Source of the DNA: Mesotaenium endlicherianum
Taxonomy: Eukaryota
Direction: 5' to 3'
DNA length: 64,000 bases
Assembly: GCA_009602735.1 (NCBI GenBank)
Contig: WELA01000881.1
Span: forward strand, 132,861-196,860
The notes beneath the pieces were generated by a model. It was not told the DNA's origin, ran no database searches, and worked only from the letters and a program-made list of their open reading frames with translations. This document shows positions 1 to 14,088 of this stretch, piece by piece (position 1 is the stretch's first letter; each line of letters opens with the position of its first letter). A program made the position numbers and the translations under genes.

Positions 1-431
1 GTGTGGAGTCAAGTGTGAATAGGTACTCTAGTAACTTGGTTCATGTCCTTTGAACCTTCCAAGGCATTTTCGAAGTTAGAGGAAAGACCTAGAAGAACTC
101 CATGTGGCAAAAGTCAGATGTGCCATTTTTAGGTCAAAAGGACATGTGTACATTATTCTAGAAAGAGGTGGCAAGTTTTGGGATGTGTTGGGTGCCAACA
201 CATCAACATACACCTTCCTAGAAATTACTTATGTAGCAAGTATATAAACAAGAGCTAGAACATAGAAAGACATTCCAGAATCACTCTTGTACTTGCCAAA
301 ATCCAGAAATATATTAACTTTCAAAAAGCCATCTCTCTTTCAAGAAGCTACCACTTGTGTTCAAAGATCCTTGTCTTGAATAGATAAAGTATTATGTTTT
401 ACTAAGTATTTTATCTATCTGTTTCACTACA
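1..431 (+). mobile_element. LTR (solo or 3' LTR, cut by the window edge) of the Ty3/Gypsy family seen at 37518-42270
   Basis: Colinear with ~37595-38030 and with the reverse complement of 40400-40830. Ends in TTTCACTACA at 431 and is not followed by a PBS. Confidence 0.85.
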
Positions 432-1369
432 CGTATGGTTTAAAGTCTAAGGCCCTCAAGTGTTAGCAACTTTGAGATACAGTGTCTTAAAGTTGTAGGA
501 AAATCACGCGCTAATTTCAGCATTATCAAATACCATTTACATCATTAATAGCATTAATAATTAAATACAAAAAGTACAGAATCAGAATCCTTGTGATATG
601 TACTTTTCAAAACTTTGACTCATGGCCTCATCGGACTAGTATTGTGAGCTACATAATTCCCGAATATGTGCTCAAAACGCATCCAAAAGTGCACGATACA
701 CCGGGCCATCTAGTGTTCATCGCTTAGAAGTAAGTCGATTCTTTTCAACTACTCCCTTGCCTTACCTAAGCATTCGTATGGATGGATTCTTGAGTTTAAC
801 TTTCGCTTACCTCACGTGGAGGCACCTTAGCATGCATGCTTGCATCGTAAACCTCGCGCGTAGTAGATTAGTCTCTCAGTCAATGGTCATGCTGACATAA
901 GTTTTGAGACCACGTCCCATGTTGTAGCTAGGCTATCGTGGCCGCGGTGCCAATGTGTCACGAGGTGAGTTGGCAGGTGAGTTGGCCCATCGTCTCAGAA
1001 TCGCTTGTCTGCTCGCGTGCCCCTCGCTTCAGCATTGTCCGTCCCGGTCGTTGCAAGCATGGCCTTTGCAAGCCTCATGAGGTCAACCTTGCAGCTGACA
1101 TGGCCAAAAATCCCCACCCACAGTCGAGTGGTGGGTTTGACTAGGTTTGGGTGTGGTCTTAGGGTATGCGTTCAATGCCGGCTTAGTTTATGTCAGCAGA
1201 ATCTGTCGGTGGGTCAGCCGTTGACGTTCTGTACTTGAGGGCGCTGTGACTTGACTTCCATTACGCGTGCCACACCGACAAATAGCTCATAGGTCGCGAC
1301 ACTTGTCGTTGGAACCTAGGTTTCTGAGTCTCGCCTTTTGGAACCTAGGTTTCTTAGTCTTGCATAGGC

Positions 1370-1602
1370 CATGGGGCGGTAACTCCCCTCCAAAATTTGG
1401 GTGAAATAGCGCCCAGAATTCAAAAATTAAAAATAGCGACCTGAAATCAAAATCTCAAATTTTATATATAGCGCCCTCAAGTAAAGTAATTATGGGTCAA
1501 TAGGGACCTGAAGTCAAACCTGGGAAAATTAGTTAAAGGATTCAAAATTCTAGGGGCCTGTAATCAAATATTGGGAAAATTAGCGACAGTTATCACCCCA
1601 TG
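1370..1602. mobile_element. hAT-type MITE (233 bp)
   Basis: TIRs CATGGGGCGGTAAC / GTTATCACCCCATG. 8-bp TSD GCATAGGC (1362-1369) / GCCTAGGC (1603-1610), one mismatch. AT-rich non-coding interior. Confidence 0.8.
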
Positions 1603-1679
1603 GCCTAGGCAACTAGTCCGCTCGGCTCGAGTCAGAATCTCGGAGTGCTTGTGCCCGCTTGTGCCAGCTTGGTGCCACC

Positions 1680-1882
1680 CATGGGGTCATAACCCCCTCC
1701 AAAATTCGGGCGTTCTTTGCGACACTTTTTCGCATGCGCCATGATTTCAAACTTCTCGATGTTTTCAGCTTATTTTAGCCCTGAAAGTTTCGAAAATAAT
1801 AAATAGAACGTTTGCGCTTGACTTGCAAATCTGGTGAAAACTTTCGATAAAATTAAAAACTGAAACCAATTAGCACCTTATG
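1680..1882. mobile_element. hAT-type MITE (203 bp), same TIR family as 1370-1602
   Basis: Left end CATGGGGTCATAACCCCCTCCAAAATT resembles the left end at 1370. Right end TTAGCACCTTATG is a degenerate TIR. Perfect 8-bp TSD GTGCCACC at 1672-1679 and 1883-1890. Confidence 0.8.
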
Positions 1883-2359
1883 GTGCCACCGCCCTCGAGC
1901 AATTTTTGGTGCACTTTTGTGAATGTTCGTGAGCCCGTTTGCCCGGATGGATTGTATCTGCACGTCAAACAGGCTCTTCGTGCACTCCATCTCAAATTTC
2001 TCTCCAGAGCAACCCCCACATCCACCACCTACCTACTTCTACCTTTTTAAGCGTTCGTTGCTCGCAAGATTTCATGAAGTTAGCCTCATTCCTTCATTAC
2101 TCGCAAACATTGTAGAAAGCGCCGCCTCCGCCCTTGGTGCGCTTGAAATTGAAGAGTTACGTCTCGACTTTTTGACATGTCACAAGTTGTTTTGTGCGAT
2201 TTTCGTGGACAAATTTTGCAAGCCGAGGGGCTAATCTGTGGAGGATATACATAGAAGTTTTGAGTTGGAGTAAATTTGAGTTTGTCCTTCTTAGTCATCG
2301 ACTTCTTGTTTCATCTCCGGTCTTACTCTTTTGGTTTGCTGGGTGCAGTTTTCATAGCC

Positions 2360-4826
<2,467 letters not shown>

Positions 4827-7800
4827 GCTCGCAGGGCACGCTGCGGCTGATGGTCGAACTGTTGAATTACATTGAGCCCTTAATTTGTTTTATTATGAGG
4901 CTCATAGCGAACGGTCATCTTTTCAGCTTCCAGATATAGCTCACTTATACATTTGTGGTGTGGGTATGTAAGTATGTCCTTCATCTGCTTCTTCCATCTT
5001 TAGTAACCATTCTTCCTGTATTGTATAACTTTACTTCCACTGCCTGGGCCATTTTGTGTACATGGATGAGAAACTCCAGATTATGTCTATCGCCCTTTTC
5101 GGTTGTTATAATTTGGATGTTACGTTGTGGGTCTACTTTTTACTTCAAAAGTAAAGTACATTTTCTATTCTTCCACATCGGCGAGTCACCGGTACTTCAT
5201 GAAAGTTAATAAGGTGGCCATTCTCTTGTATACTGTCTTTATAATTTCCCTAAGTGATATTGTAAACATCTGATGCGAATGGAGAAGTAATCAAAGGGAA
5301 AAGTTGTGTGCACAAAGCTGTGGGCATTAGATATCTGCAATTTTGTGAAAACTTCAGCACTTTTAAGTAAGCGCATGCATAAGCTGTTGAAAGATGTTAC
5401 CTGATGTTTGAAATTGGTAGTGTTGCAAGGATGTAGCAATTATAATCTGCTTCAACAACAAATGAGGGAGTGATGATTACTCCACTTGGGAAATTTCGAG
5501 CTTGTAGCCTTCAGTGCTGCAATGTTTTAGATGCGCATTGATTGTGGGGTACATAATATTCTTTGTGCCTTCATAAGGTCATCTTCAGTATTTTGTGTAA
5601 GCCAAGAGTGGAGCGAGAGCTAACTACTCATGATCACGATGCACGGGATGCCTTGATGGATGGTTACAATCGGGGCTACTACATTAACTATTTAGATGCT
5701 GGCACGCACTGATGAAAAAGTGTGGAACAAATTTGCAAATGTATAGTGGTTTTTCACTTCTTGGTACGAAGGGAAATGTGAGGTGTAAATACCCCTTGTG
5801 GCGGTCTAAATTATGCCCATGTTGGAGCCAACAATTTGAACTTCACACTTGCGGGGATAGAGTTGGCCTATTGCAAGAGTTCGCATGCCTCTTGCAGACA
5901 CGCTCCCATGAGAAGTCCAATAAGAGGCAGTGACTACCCTCTAAACCTCCACCATTTGAAACTTCAAGGTGAGTAGGGGAGCAACAGTGTCCAGAATTTC
6001 AAAAAAAACATCATAGAAACAAACATGAAATGCCTTATGCAAGGCAGATAGAATATGCCAACTTGAAGTTCGTTAACGTAGTGGGGTACAAAGTGTGGTG
6101 TAGCGTGAGAATCAGGTTCTCCACGCAAAGGGACGACTCAAGAGTAAGCAGTATGGCCACATGAAGTATGTAACATGGTTAACGTTGTACCTGGTATACG
6201 TTACCAAACTTCTGTCATGATTGACTAGCTTATAGAAACAACAGCTACGTCGACCTTGAAGTGTGCGAAGATCAAATGTGAAAGTAGCCTTAGGTTGACC
6301 AAAGCCGCCACATTAAATTGTAGTTTTCAAATAGATTCTTTTGAACTGCAAGTTTCAAAAGTTTAAAGGCTCGAGCAAGCTTTTCAATTCAACCAAAATC
6401 ACATTCTTTGGTTGGTTCTTTGTAAGATACTTGCACTCAACTTAAACGTACCTTTTGAGCCTTAGCTCGACCTCTCGCAGCCATCTATCATCCCAAGAGG
6501 CATCGCAGCCCTCCCAAAGCTCCCAACTTGGCATTTTTTGTCATGCTTCGCAACTTCTGTATCTCCACACATTTAATCTACCAACCTACAACCCTATAAA
6601 GCACTCATATTTGTACTTTACCATCGTAGTCCCAGAATAGCTCAAACTTCATGAGGGTCACATAGGGTGTTGTTGGAACCTTCCTCTTTACAACGCCAAC
6701 CCAAGAGCAACTGGGAATGACCATTATTGGGAGGCAAGCTCGAGCAGCTGGAAGCTAATCAGATTTGCCTTTCATCCTCACCAGACCCGGAATGGTCAAA
6801 TGGGACTCCAAGTAGGAGTACCTCGGAGGAGTCACCTAAGAAGAGTGACGAAAGTCAGTGCAATATTGGCGCATGGGCTGAAGTTAGCAGCCAGAAGTCA
6901 GCAGACTCTGAGGGGCTAGAAAGACTATTTTCTTGGAAATGAGCATTAAAGACCACAACAAATTGGGACAGACACTGGCCAAAATGTTTCGCTCAACGAG
7001 CCTAGAGCCGACAAAGGAAGAGCGACATTTGTTAGCAATTTGCCTGACAGCTGGAAAGATCACCAGGCAGATAAGGGATCACCTTATGGAGGCACACTTT
7101 GATCAGTGAGAGAGGAGAAGGTGGCGCAAGCAGCGCACGCCTTACAATCTGCAATTGTCAACATGGCTAAACTCAAGATGGAGAACGTCGAGGATCCCTC
7201 ACCACCAAGACTGGAGGAGCCAATTAAAACCGAGGCACAAATGCCTAATCCGCGAGGGTTTGACTTGCCTGCGCTCACAGATGGTTGGGACGTGGGAAAC
7301 GAGGTTCCACATTCTCCCACTCCAAGACTGGATTGGTTGGAGCAACAAGAGCTCAGACCAGACAATTTGGTGGCTGACCACTTGATGCTGGAGAGGCCCA
7401 ATCCAGCAAATCTACACAATAACTTGAGATCCCGCACTTCCAGCACCCCTACCCTCGGCGTGGCAGCAGAGAAACCTACCACACAAAAGGGGATGCACTA
7501 CTCACTAGAGGTAACGGCGTGTGTTGCCAAGGCAGCGTCAATGCGGGATAAGCCACAAAGTTGTGTAAGCAAGCCAAGAAAAGTGGCCCGCCAGGCAAAC
7601 GCACCATGCAAGCGAATGTTGATGCGTTATTTACAGTACGAAGGGGAGCCTCGCAGGAAAGGAGCTTCTCAACAATTTACAGCCACCCCACGAAAGCCAA
7701 TTATGGATATCCTGCAAAGGGAAGGGAAGGCGGGTCTAATCCAGAGCCATTGCATTGGGAATTGACATTCTTATGGTAACACCCTCCACCAATGGAACGA

Positions 7801-8680
7801 AGAGAAGAGCAGGATCTATCACTAGTATGCCAAGAGCTTTTGAACAAGAGCTCACTAACCTGAGAAGGACACTGAAGTAGAGGAAAATGTTGTGCGCAAC
7901 AGGGTGGCGGATCTGCACGATTGAAGATTTGTGTCACGTGGCTGGGCAGTCACACCCCCACTAGAAGAAAACCCCGAAGTGACCATGGGTTGCATAGCCA
8001 CAACGGAGAGATAATGGAGTTGGTCAATTGACCCAAGGTTGGCAGCGTCCGATCCAGTTGGATGGGCAGTAGCCAACACTCACCCACAACATGGGGAAGG
8101 AGGAATGGGCACCAGCTGGACCACAGAAGATGAAGAGCGGTTCTTGCGTCTACTAATCAAGTGGAGGCTGAAGTATCCTTTCCAGAAAGAGAAGCATCTA
8201 CTTCCAGGAAAGTGTAAGGGACCAAAGGAATAGGTTGCAGAGCCTAAGTCACAGGAGGAAAAGGTTGAGAAGCCCGTCACTCCAACACCAAGCAGCCAGG
8301 CTGAGAAGCTAGAAGGAAAGGACGAGGGTGAAAACCTTCGTCCGAACCACAAGAGCAGCAAGTACTAGACGCTTTTGCTGGGGAGAAGCAGTAGGAATTT
8401 GAGACTTGCCACTAAGAAAATGGTCTCATTTGAGCAAAGAGCACAGTTACAGAGGCTGCTGAAAACATATCACAAGGTGTTTGCTTTAACTAAAGAAGTG
8501 GGTGGTAGAACCACTGCCAACGTGTGTGAAATCACGCTTACCACTGAAAAGCCTATCCAACTTGCGCCACACAAGCTCAGGTAGACAGAGTGGGACGTGT
8601 GGAGAAAACTGCTATTAATTGCATAAGCTTGGCATTGTAGAAAAATCAACGCCAGTACACGGGGCTCCCATAGTAGTACA

Positions 8681-11600
8681 CAGGGTTACGCCGTACGCCG
8701 TACTAGCCGACCCTCGTACGCTTAATTAAGCGTACTGAGTTAGTTCGTCGTACTAAGCGTACGAATTTTCTATCCGCACGTGCGCGACGTCCAAGAGACG
8801 TCCGACATCCGTTTTGTCCGCCAGGTTTGGCTTTGTGTTTCATTTTTTCCCAAAAACTTGTCGATCGAGATCGATCGACAAGAGACCAATAAAAGCTTTT
8901 CAACAGTACCAGCTTTTTGCAGCAACGGCGGCAAATTGCTTCATGACGGATACATAGATTGCCAGAAACAAGAAGCAGTCGTGAGCAAGGAAGGCCTACC
9001 CTTAGAGCTCTAGCTTCCGCGGTTTTTGACCCTCTGTGCACAGATACATTACCCCCCATCTCAAACCAGATGACTGTCTCCAAGGCATACTTATTGCATA
9101 AGCAAGACTCGACCTACCTACTTTTACGACGTACTCTAAGACAAGACATTGATACAGCTCTTTCTGTTGCAAATGTCACGACATGTCGGCTGCCTTCTTC
9201 GCTGGCATATATAAGACTGCTCTGCTGGTGTTGACCGTGCAAGTGATGGGTCACGTGGGGGTTTGGGTGGGGGTGGGGGTACGGGAGGTGGGGGTTTGGG
9301 TGGGGTGGGGGTTTGTTAACCTCTAAGCCTCAAGTGTTGCAGGAGTGAGCACCGCCGATCAGTCTAGTTCCTTTGCTTGCTAGGCACTTACCCTGCAGTC
9401 AGTAGTAGCCAGCGCATGCACGACTATGCATGAGCTTACAGAGCTGCTTCTTGGTCTTCAATCCTCCTCTAAGTGCAGCCCCAGCTTGAGCTCGACGCCC
9501 CACGGGAGCACTTCGTGGGCCTAATGGACTCGGCAGTACTTCTTGGTCCCCACTGTTGGGCCTGCGGCCAAGCCAACTTCGGCCATGGTCCTGGTTTTGA
9601 CAGAAAGAGGTGCAGGGTGTTGTCATCGTTATATGCAGATGGTGAAGGGCAGCTTTCCCGAGGGTATTTTCAACGGGCGTGAGGTTTGCTGCAGCAAGCG
9701 CCTCAAGTAAGTGCAACTCGTGGTCGGTGGGGTCGGAGGTAAGTTGTACGCATCCTCCCCATTCTTACCTTGTACGGCACCGACGGGGTTGGGGGGAGGG
9801 GGGGGGTCCAACAAGCAGTCGTGTTTTTCACGGCGTAGGTTTGTGTGTGTAGACTCCTAGCCTGCACTGTTGCTGGCCGGCAGCATGTGACGCGCCTCTG
9901 TTTGGGGCAAAGCCAGCAGTGTATGCTGCGCCTGCCCCCCTCTGGCTTCCTGTGCACAGGTGTGTGCTGGGGGTGATTCCACTGGGCGGGGGCGCTCTTC
10001 TGCAGGGGTCACGGGCACCACCCCCGGCGTGTGGGAGTGGCTGTCCAGGGGTTAGTACGCGGGGCACCCACATTGCCTGTCCCCCCCTGCTTCTGTTGGG
10101 GGGGGGGTGGGGCGACGGCAGCTGGCGCCCCCCACCCCCCCCCGGTCTGGTGCATACGGGGGGCAGCGATAGCCGCCAACCCCTCTTGCTTCGGTGTAGG
10201 AGGTGGGCTGTCTGGGAGTTGTGTGCGAGGCTCCGACGGCAGTGGCGGCACCCGCCCTGGCCAAGTGTGAGGGGGGGGTGGCGCGCACGTGCGCGCACGT
10301 GCCCCTGCATGAAGGCACGTGACTGTGTGCGCTCGTGCCGGCTGACAGGCGCGTGCGCGCACAAGTCTGTGTGCTTTCACTCCTGTGTGCGTGTGCGGGC
10401 GAGCAGGGGGTGAGCGTAAATGTGCGGCAGTGTGTGTGCTTTGCAGACCAGAGAGCGGGCGGGGGAGTGGGCAATCACGTGTGTGGGCGAAAGGGTGAAG
10501 CGTGCGCGTCGGGTGAAGAAGCAGTAATGTTTTGTGATGCCCCCTCTCCCACATGGGTCGCGGTTGCAACTCTCCTAGCTGCTGTCCAGACGCTGTGCGT
10601 GGGGGCCCAATGGCAGCGGCTGTACCCCCCTTGGTTTCATTTGTGCGGGGTTCAACGGATGCGGCTGCACGCCTCTGGTCTGGTGTTGGTGCATGGGGAA
10701 GGGGGGGGGTATTTGGACCAAATGCACGTGTGCTGTGCGTGGGCACCTGCAAGTGGGTGGATTTTTGTGCGTGTGTGGGTGTCAGCGGCGGGGCAGGCAG
10801 GTGCCTGTGCAAGTCTCCGTCTGTGCTTGTGCACGTGTGTGCATGTGTGTATAATTGTATTTTTTTGGTGCGTCTGTGTGTGCATTTGTGCGTGTATGTA
10901 TGCGTTTCGTGTCTTGGTGTGCATGTGTGCGCGCGTGCTTGGTGTGTGTGTAAAACAAGTATCTCTCGTCCTCGCTCACTCGTGGTGCTTGTTCAAGCTT
11001 CCCAATGCGCTTAGCAGCTGAGCACACAGGCGTGTGTGCATCCTGTGTGTCCATTCATGTGTTTTTGTGCAAAAGTGTGTGCATGGGAGGCTCTGGGTGC
11101 ACACATCTCTGTTCTTGTGCAAGCGTGCGTGCATCTGTGAATGTATATATTGTTGCATGTGTTGTGGCAGCAGGTGCTCGCTTCTGGACTGGTGTGTGCG
11201 GGGGCTGTCGAGGACCGGGACTGTGCGGGGGGTGTGCAAGCAACATTTCAAGTTTGACCTGTGGGAGGTGTGCAGGCAACGTCTCTGGTTTGACTTGTGT
11301 CTGTGTGTGGCAGGGGGTGGCAGTGACAGCAGCTGGTTTTAAGCTCGGGCTGCATCTGCAACGGCTGCCTCCCCGCGACAAGTGTCGATTCACTTACAAG
11401 TTGAGGTGACCGACTGAGCTTTATGAGCTCAACTAGATCGCAAATTTTTTTACTTACCTTTTGTCAGCTGGGAAAAGTAGAAGGTAGGCTTTGCATATCA
11501 TTTGTATGAGCTTTGTTTTGCAACCATGTAATATTATGTCGTGAGACAATAATTTTAGTTGCAATAACGTTAACAAATACAAAAGAAGTGCTAGGATGTG

Positions 11601-12244
11601 TCTCTTTGCACATTTATTGCCCAAAAAGCAGTCATAGTATATCGACCAAGTACATAAGTCGCAACTTGAGTAATACTGCGCATAGACACTTCTCATTGTA
11701 AAATACGTAATTCAATCGCTTTTTATGTGTAATGAATATCATATTGCTTATTATAACAACCTTCATGAGTTTTTCATGGAGAAGGAGAGAAGAAGTAAAG
11801 TTGAGGCACAGCTAGTTGGGAAACATAAACCACAAATAAAAGATAAAATAATCCAATATTACCTGAATCAAATATGGAATGTAATATGCATTTGATTATC
11901 AATAAATTGTACATCATTTCTAATGGACATAGTAGTTACTTACTCTCATTATAGTCTGCGTCGCTCACACCTCGCTGTCAGCAACATTAGCCGAACGTGT
12001 GGATGGGGGGAAAAAAAACTACATTTTTTGTTCATTGATAAAAACATTTGCGTGCTGATTTTTTTTTTTGTTGTTGCCCGGCTTACTTAAAAAAATTAGA
12101 ATTGTACTTTCACATGTGTGATCGTCAGGACTTACCGTCGACGTTCAAACTTAACGTCGTCACGTCGACATTAGCACGTATTAAGCGTACTAAGCCATTT
12201 TTTTACATATCGAATTTAGCGTACTGGCGTACGGCGTAACCCTG
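8681..12244. mobile_element. Non-autonomous hAT DNA transposon (3564 bp)
   Basis: 19-bp TIR CAGGGTTACGCCGTACGCC / GGCGTACGGCGTAACCCTG. Perfect 8-bp TSD GTAGTACA (8673-8680, 12245-12252). Subterminal (TAAG)CGTAC repeats at both ends. Splits a Gypsy RT. No recognisable transposase inside. Confidence 0.95.
9780..11340. repeat. G-rich / GT-rich low-complexity tract inside the hAT
   Basis: Many G runs and degenerate (GT)n/GTGC repeats. The overlapping C/V-rich and H/T-rich ORFs here are compositional artefacts. Confidence 0.8.
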
Positions 12245-13347
12245 GTAGTACATGCAAAGAAGGACGAGGCTTTGCCACCCGCATGTGTGACGATTACAGG
12301 AGATTAAACTTTTACACGGAGCTAGACAGGTATGTGATGCCTATGCCGGAGTGGCTCTGTACTTTTGCCACCAGCGTGAAGGTGTTTAGCATCATCGATT
12401 TGCGCCAAGGCTTCAGCCAAATCCGTGTGAAAACGAAAGATTAAGATAAGATCGCGTTCTGGGCTAAAAGAAAATTATGGCAATCGACAGTAATGCACTT
12501 TGGGCAGGAAAATGCACCTGGCATCTTTCAAAGAACTATGGATAAAAAGCTGGAGGGGCTAAACTTTGCAAAGTATTCATCAATGATGTTGTGGTGTTTA
12601 ATTAATTGATTGAGCACTACCTCAAGCACTTGGAACAAGTGTTTCAGCACTTAGAGAAATTTTAGACGACGTTGCATCCTGGAAAGTGCAAGTTCTCTTA
12701 GGCACATGTGCCTCATTTAGAATATAAGCTTGGGAACAATGCCATGCTCCTCTCGAGTGTAAAGACTCAGGCCATTTACAATATGCCTGCACCGACAAAT
12801 ATGACCAAGCTGAGAATTCTGGTAGGAATCAGCAATTATTATTGCAAAGTTGTGAAGGATTATATCAGGTTTGCTAAACCTTTAACGGAACTCCTGAAAA
12901 AGGATGTACCTTTTGTGTGGACAGACTCTCACGAGAAGGCCATGAACGTGCTAAAGGAGAGGCAGGTGACAGCCCCTCTCTTGCTCAATGTCGTTCACCT
13001 TGCACACAGACTGGAGTCGTCTAGGGATTGGTGCAGTACTCATGCACGTCGGAAGTCCTAAGGAAGAGTGCGTAATTGCTTACGCCTCTTGCTCCAACAA
13101 CCGAGCAGAGAGCAACTACCTGCCCTATAAAGGAAAGTTGTTGGCGATGATTTGGGATATTAAACATTTCAGAGAGTATCTTTGGGAAAATACTTTCACG
13201 CTTATGATCGATTACTCGCCATTCATTTGTCTGATGAAGAATGGAGACCTTACCGATAAGCTAGCTCGTTGGGCCCTCAAGCTGCAAGAGTAGCAGATGA
13301 CGACAATACACCGGGCGGGCATACTCAACAACGACGCAAAAGGACTT

Positions 13348-14088
13348 TGTAAGATTATGAAAGTGTAGTTTGTATTCTTCTAGCATTTTTAATGTATAGA
13401 ATGTGATTTTAGAAGAACTTTGGCCTTTGTTTCAAGTCATTTGGACAAATATTGAAAAAGCTATGAGTTTTGGGAGTTTTTAGTGAGTTTTTAGTGTCAC
13501 GGATTCAATTTAGTGACAAGGACTGGTCCAGTGACGAAAATTCCGATTGGAGTGCAGAAAGTTGGACATTGAGTCATGAGGGTTCCAGAAACTACGTGCA
13601 ATTACGAAGAGTGCCAAAGTGATTGTGGAATTTCTAGAAACTCCGTGAGAGTTAGTGGATTGTGTAGTAGAATAATCTAGAGTGTAATTATGTGCGTGTG
13701 AGTGTGCTAGCTTGTCCAACTAGGCAAGGTCACCTACATGGAAGGAGCCATAGTAGAAGGTTCTGGAGGTACTTTGCTAGAGAGGACACTTAGAGTTGAA
13801 GTATATAAGAGGGAGTCTAGTCTAGCCTAGTGAGTCTTGTCAAACCTTCTTATCTTGTACACGACTTTTCCTAATAAAGTGAGTTTTTTTCTACTCCTCT
13901 CATGTAGCCCTCTAACTCTTGCAAGGGTGGCATACCACCACGCCACTCCACCTTTTGTATGCAACTAGGAAAGGTCCTCGTGCACGCTTCCACTTGCGGG
14001 TGAGTGTACGTGAGTGTGTATGGGCGCACTTCCCGCACCCTTCCTCCTTTCAGACTTAGCAAAAATCTTGATTCAACCTCTAACAACA
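13348..14088 (+). mobile_element. Solo LTR inserted in Gypsy pol
   Basis: TGTAAG...CAACA termini. Interrupts pol right after HRAGILNNDAKGL. Contains TATATAA (13802) and AATAAA (13873). Flanks GACTT/GATTA are only a degenerate 5-bp TSD. Confidence 0.65.

Noticed and set aside
5777..6662. Possible 5' LTR of the 6700-15100 Gypsy element
   Set aside because: No second copy in the window and no convincing PBS, so the boundaries cannot be supported.
9828..11409. Many overlapping 90-267 aa ORFs
   Set aside because: They arise from G/GT-rich low-complexity DNA open in several frames on both strands, with no domain motifs.
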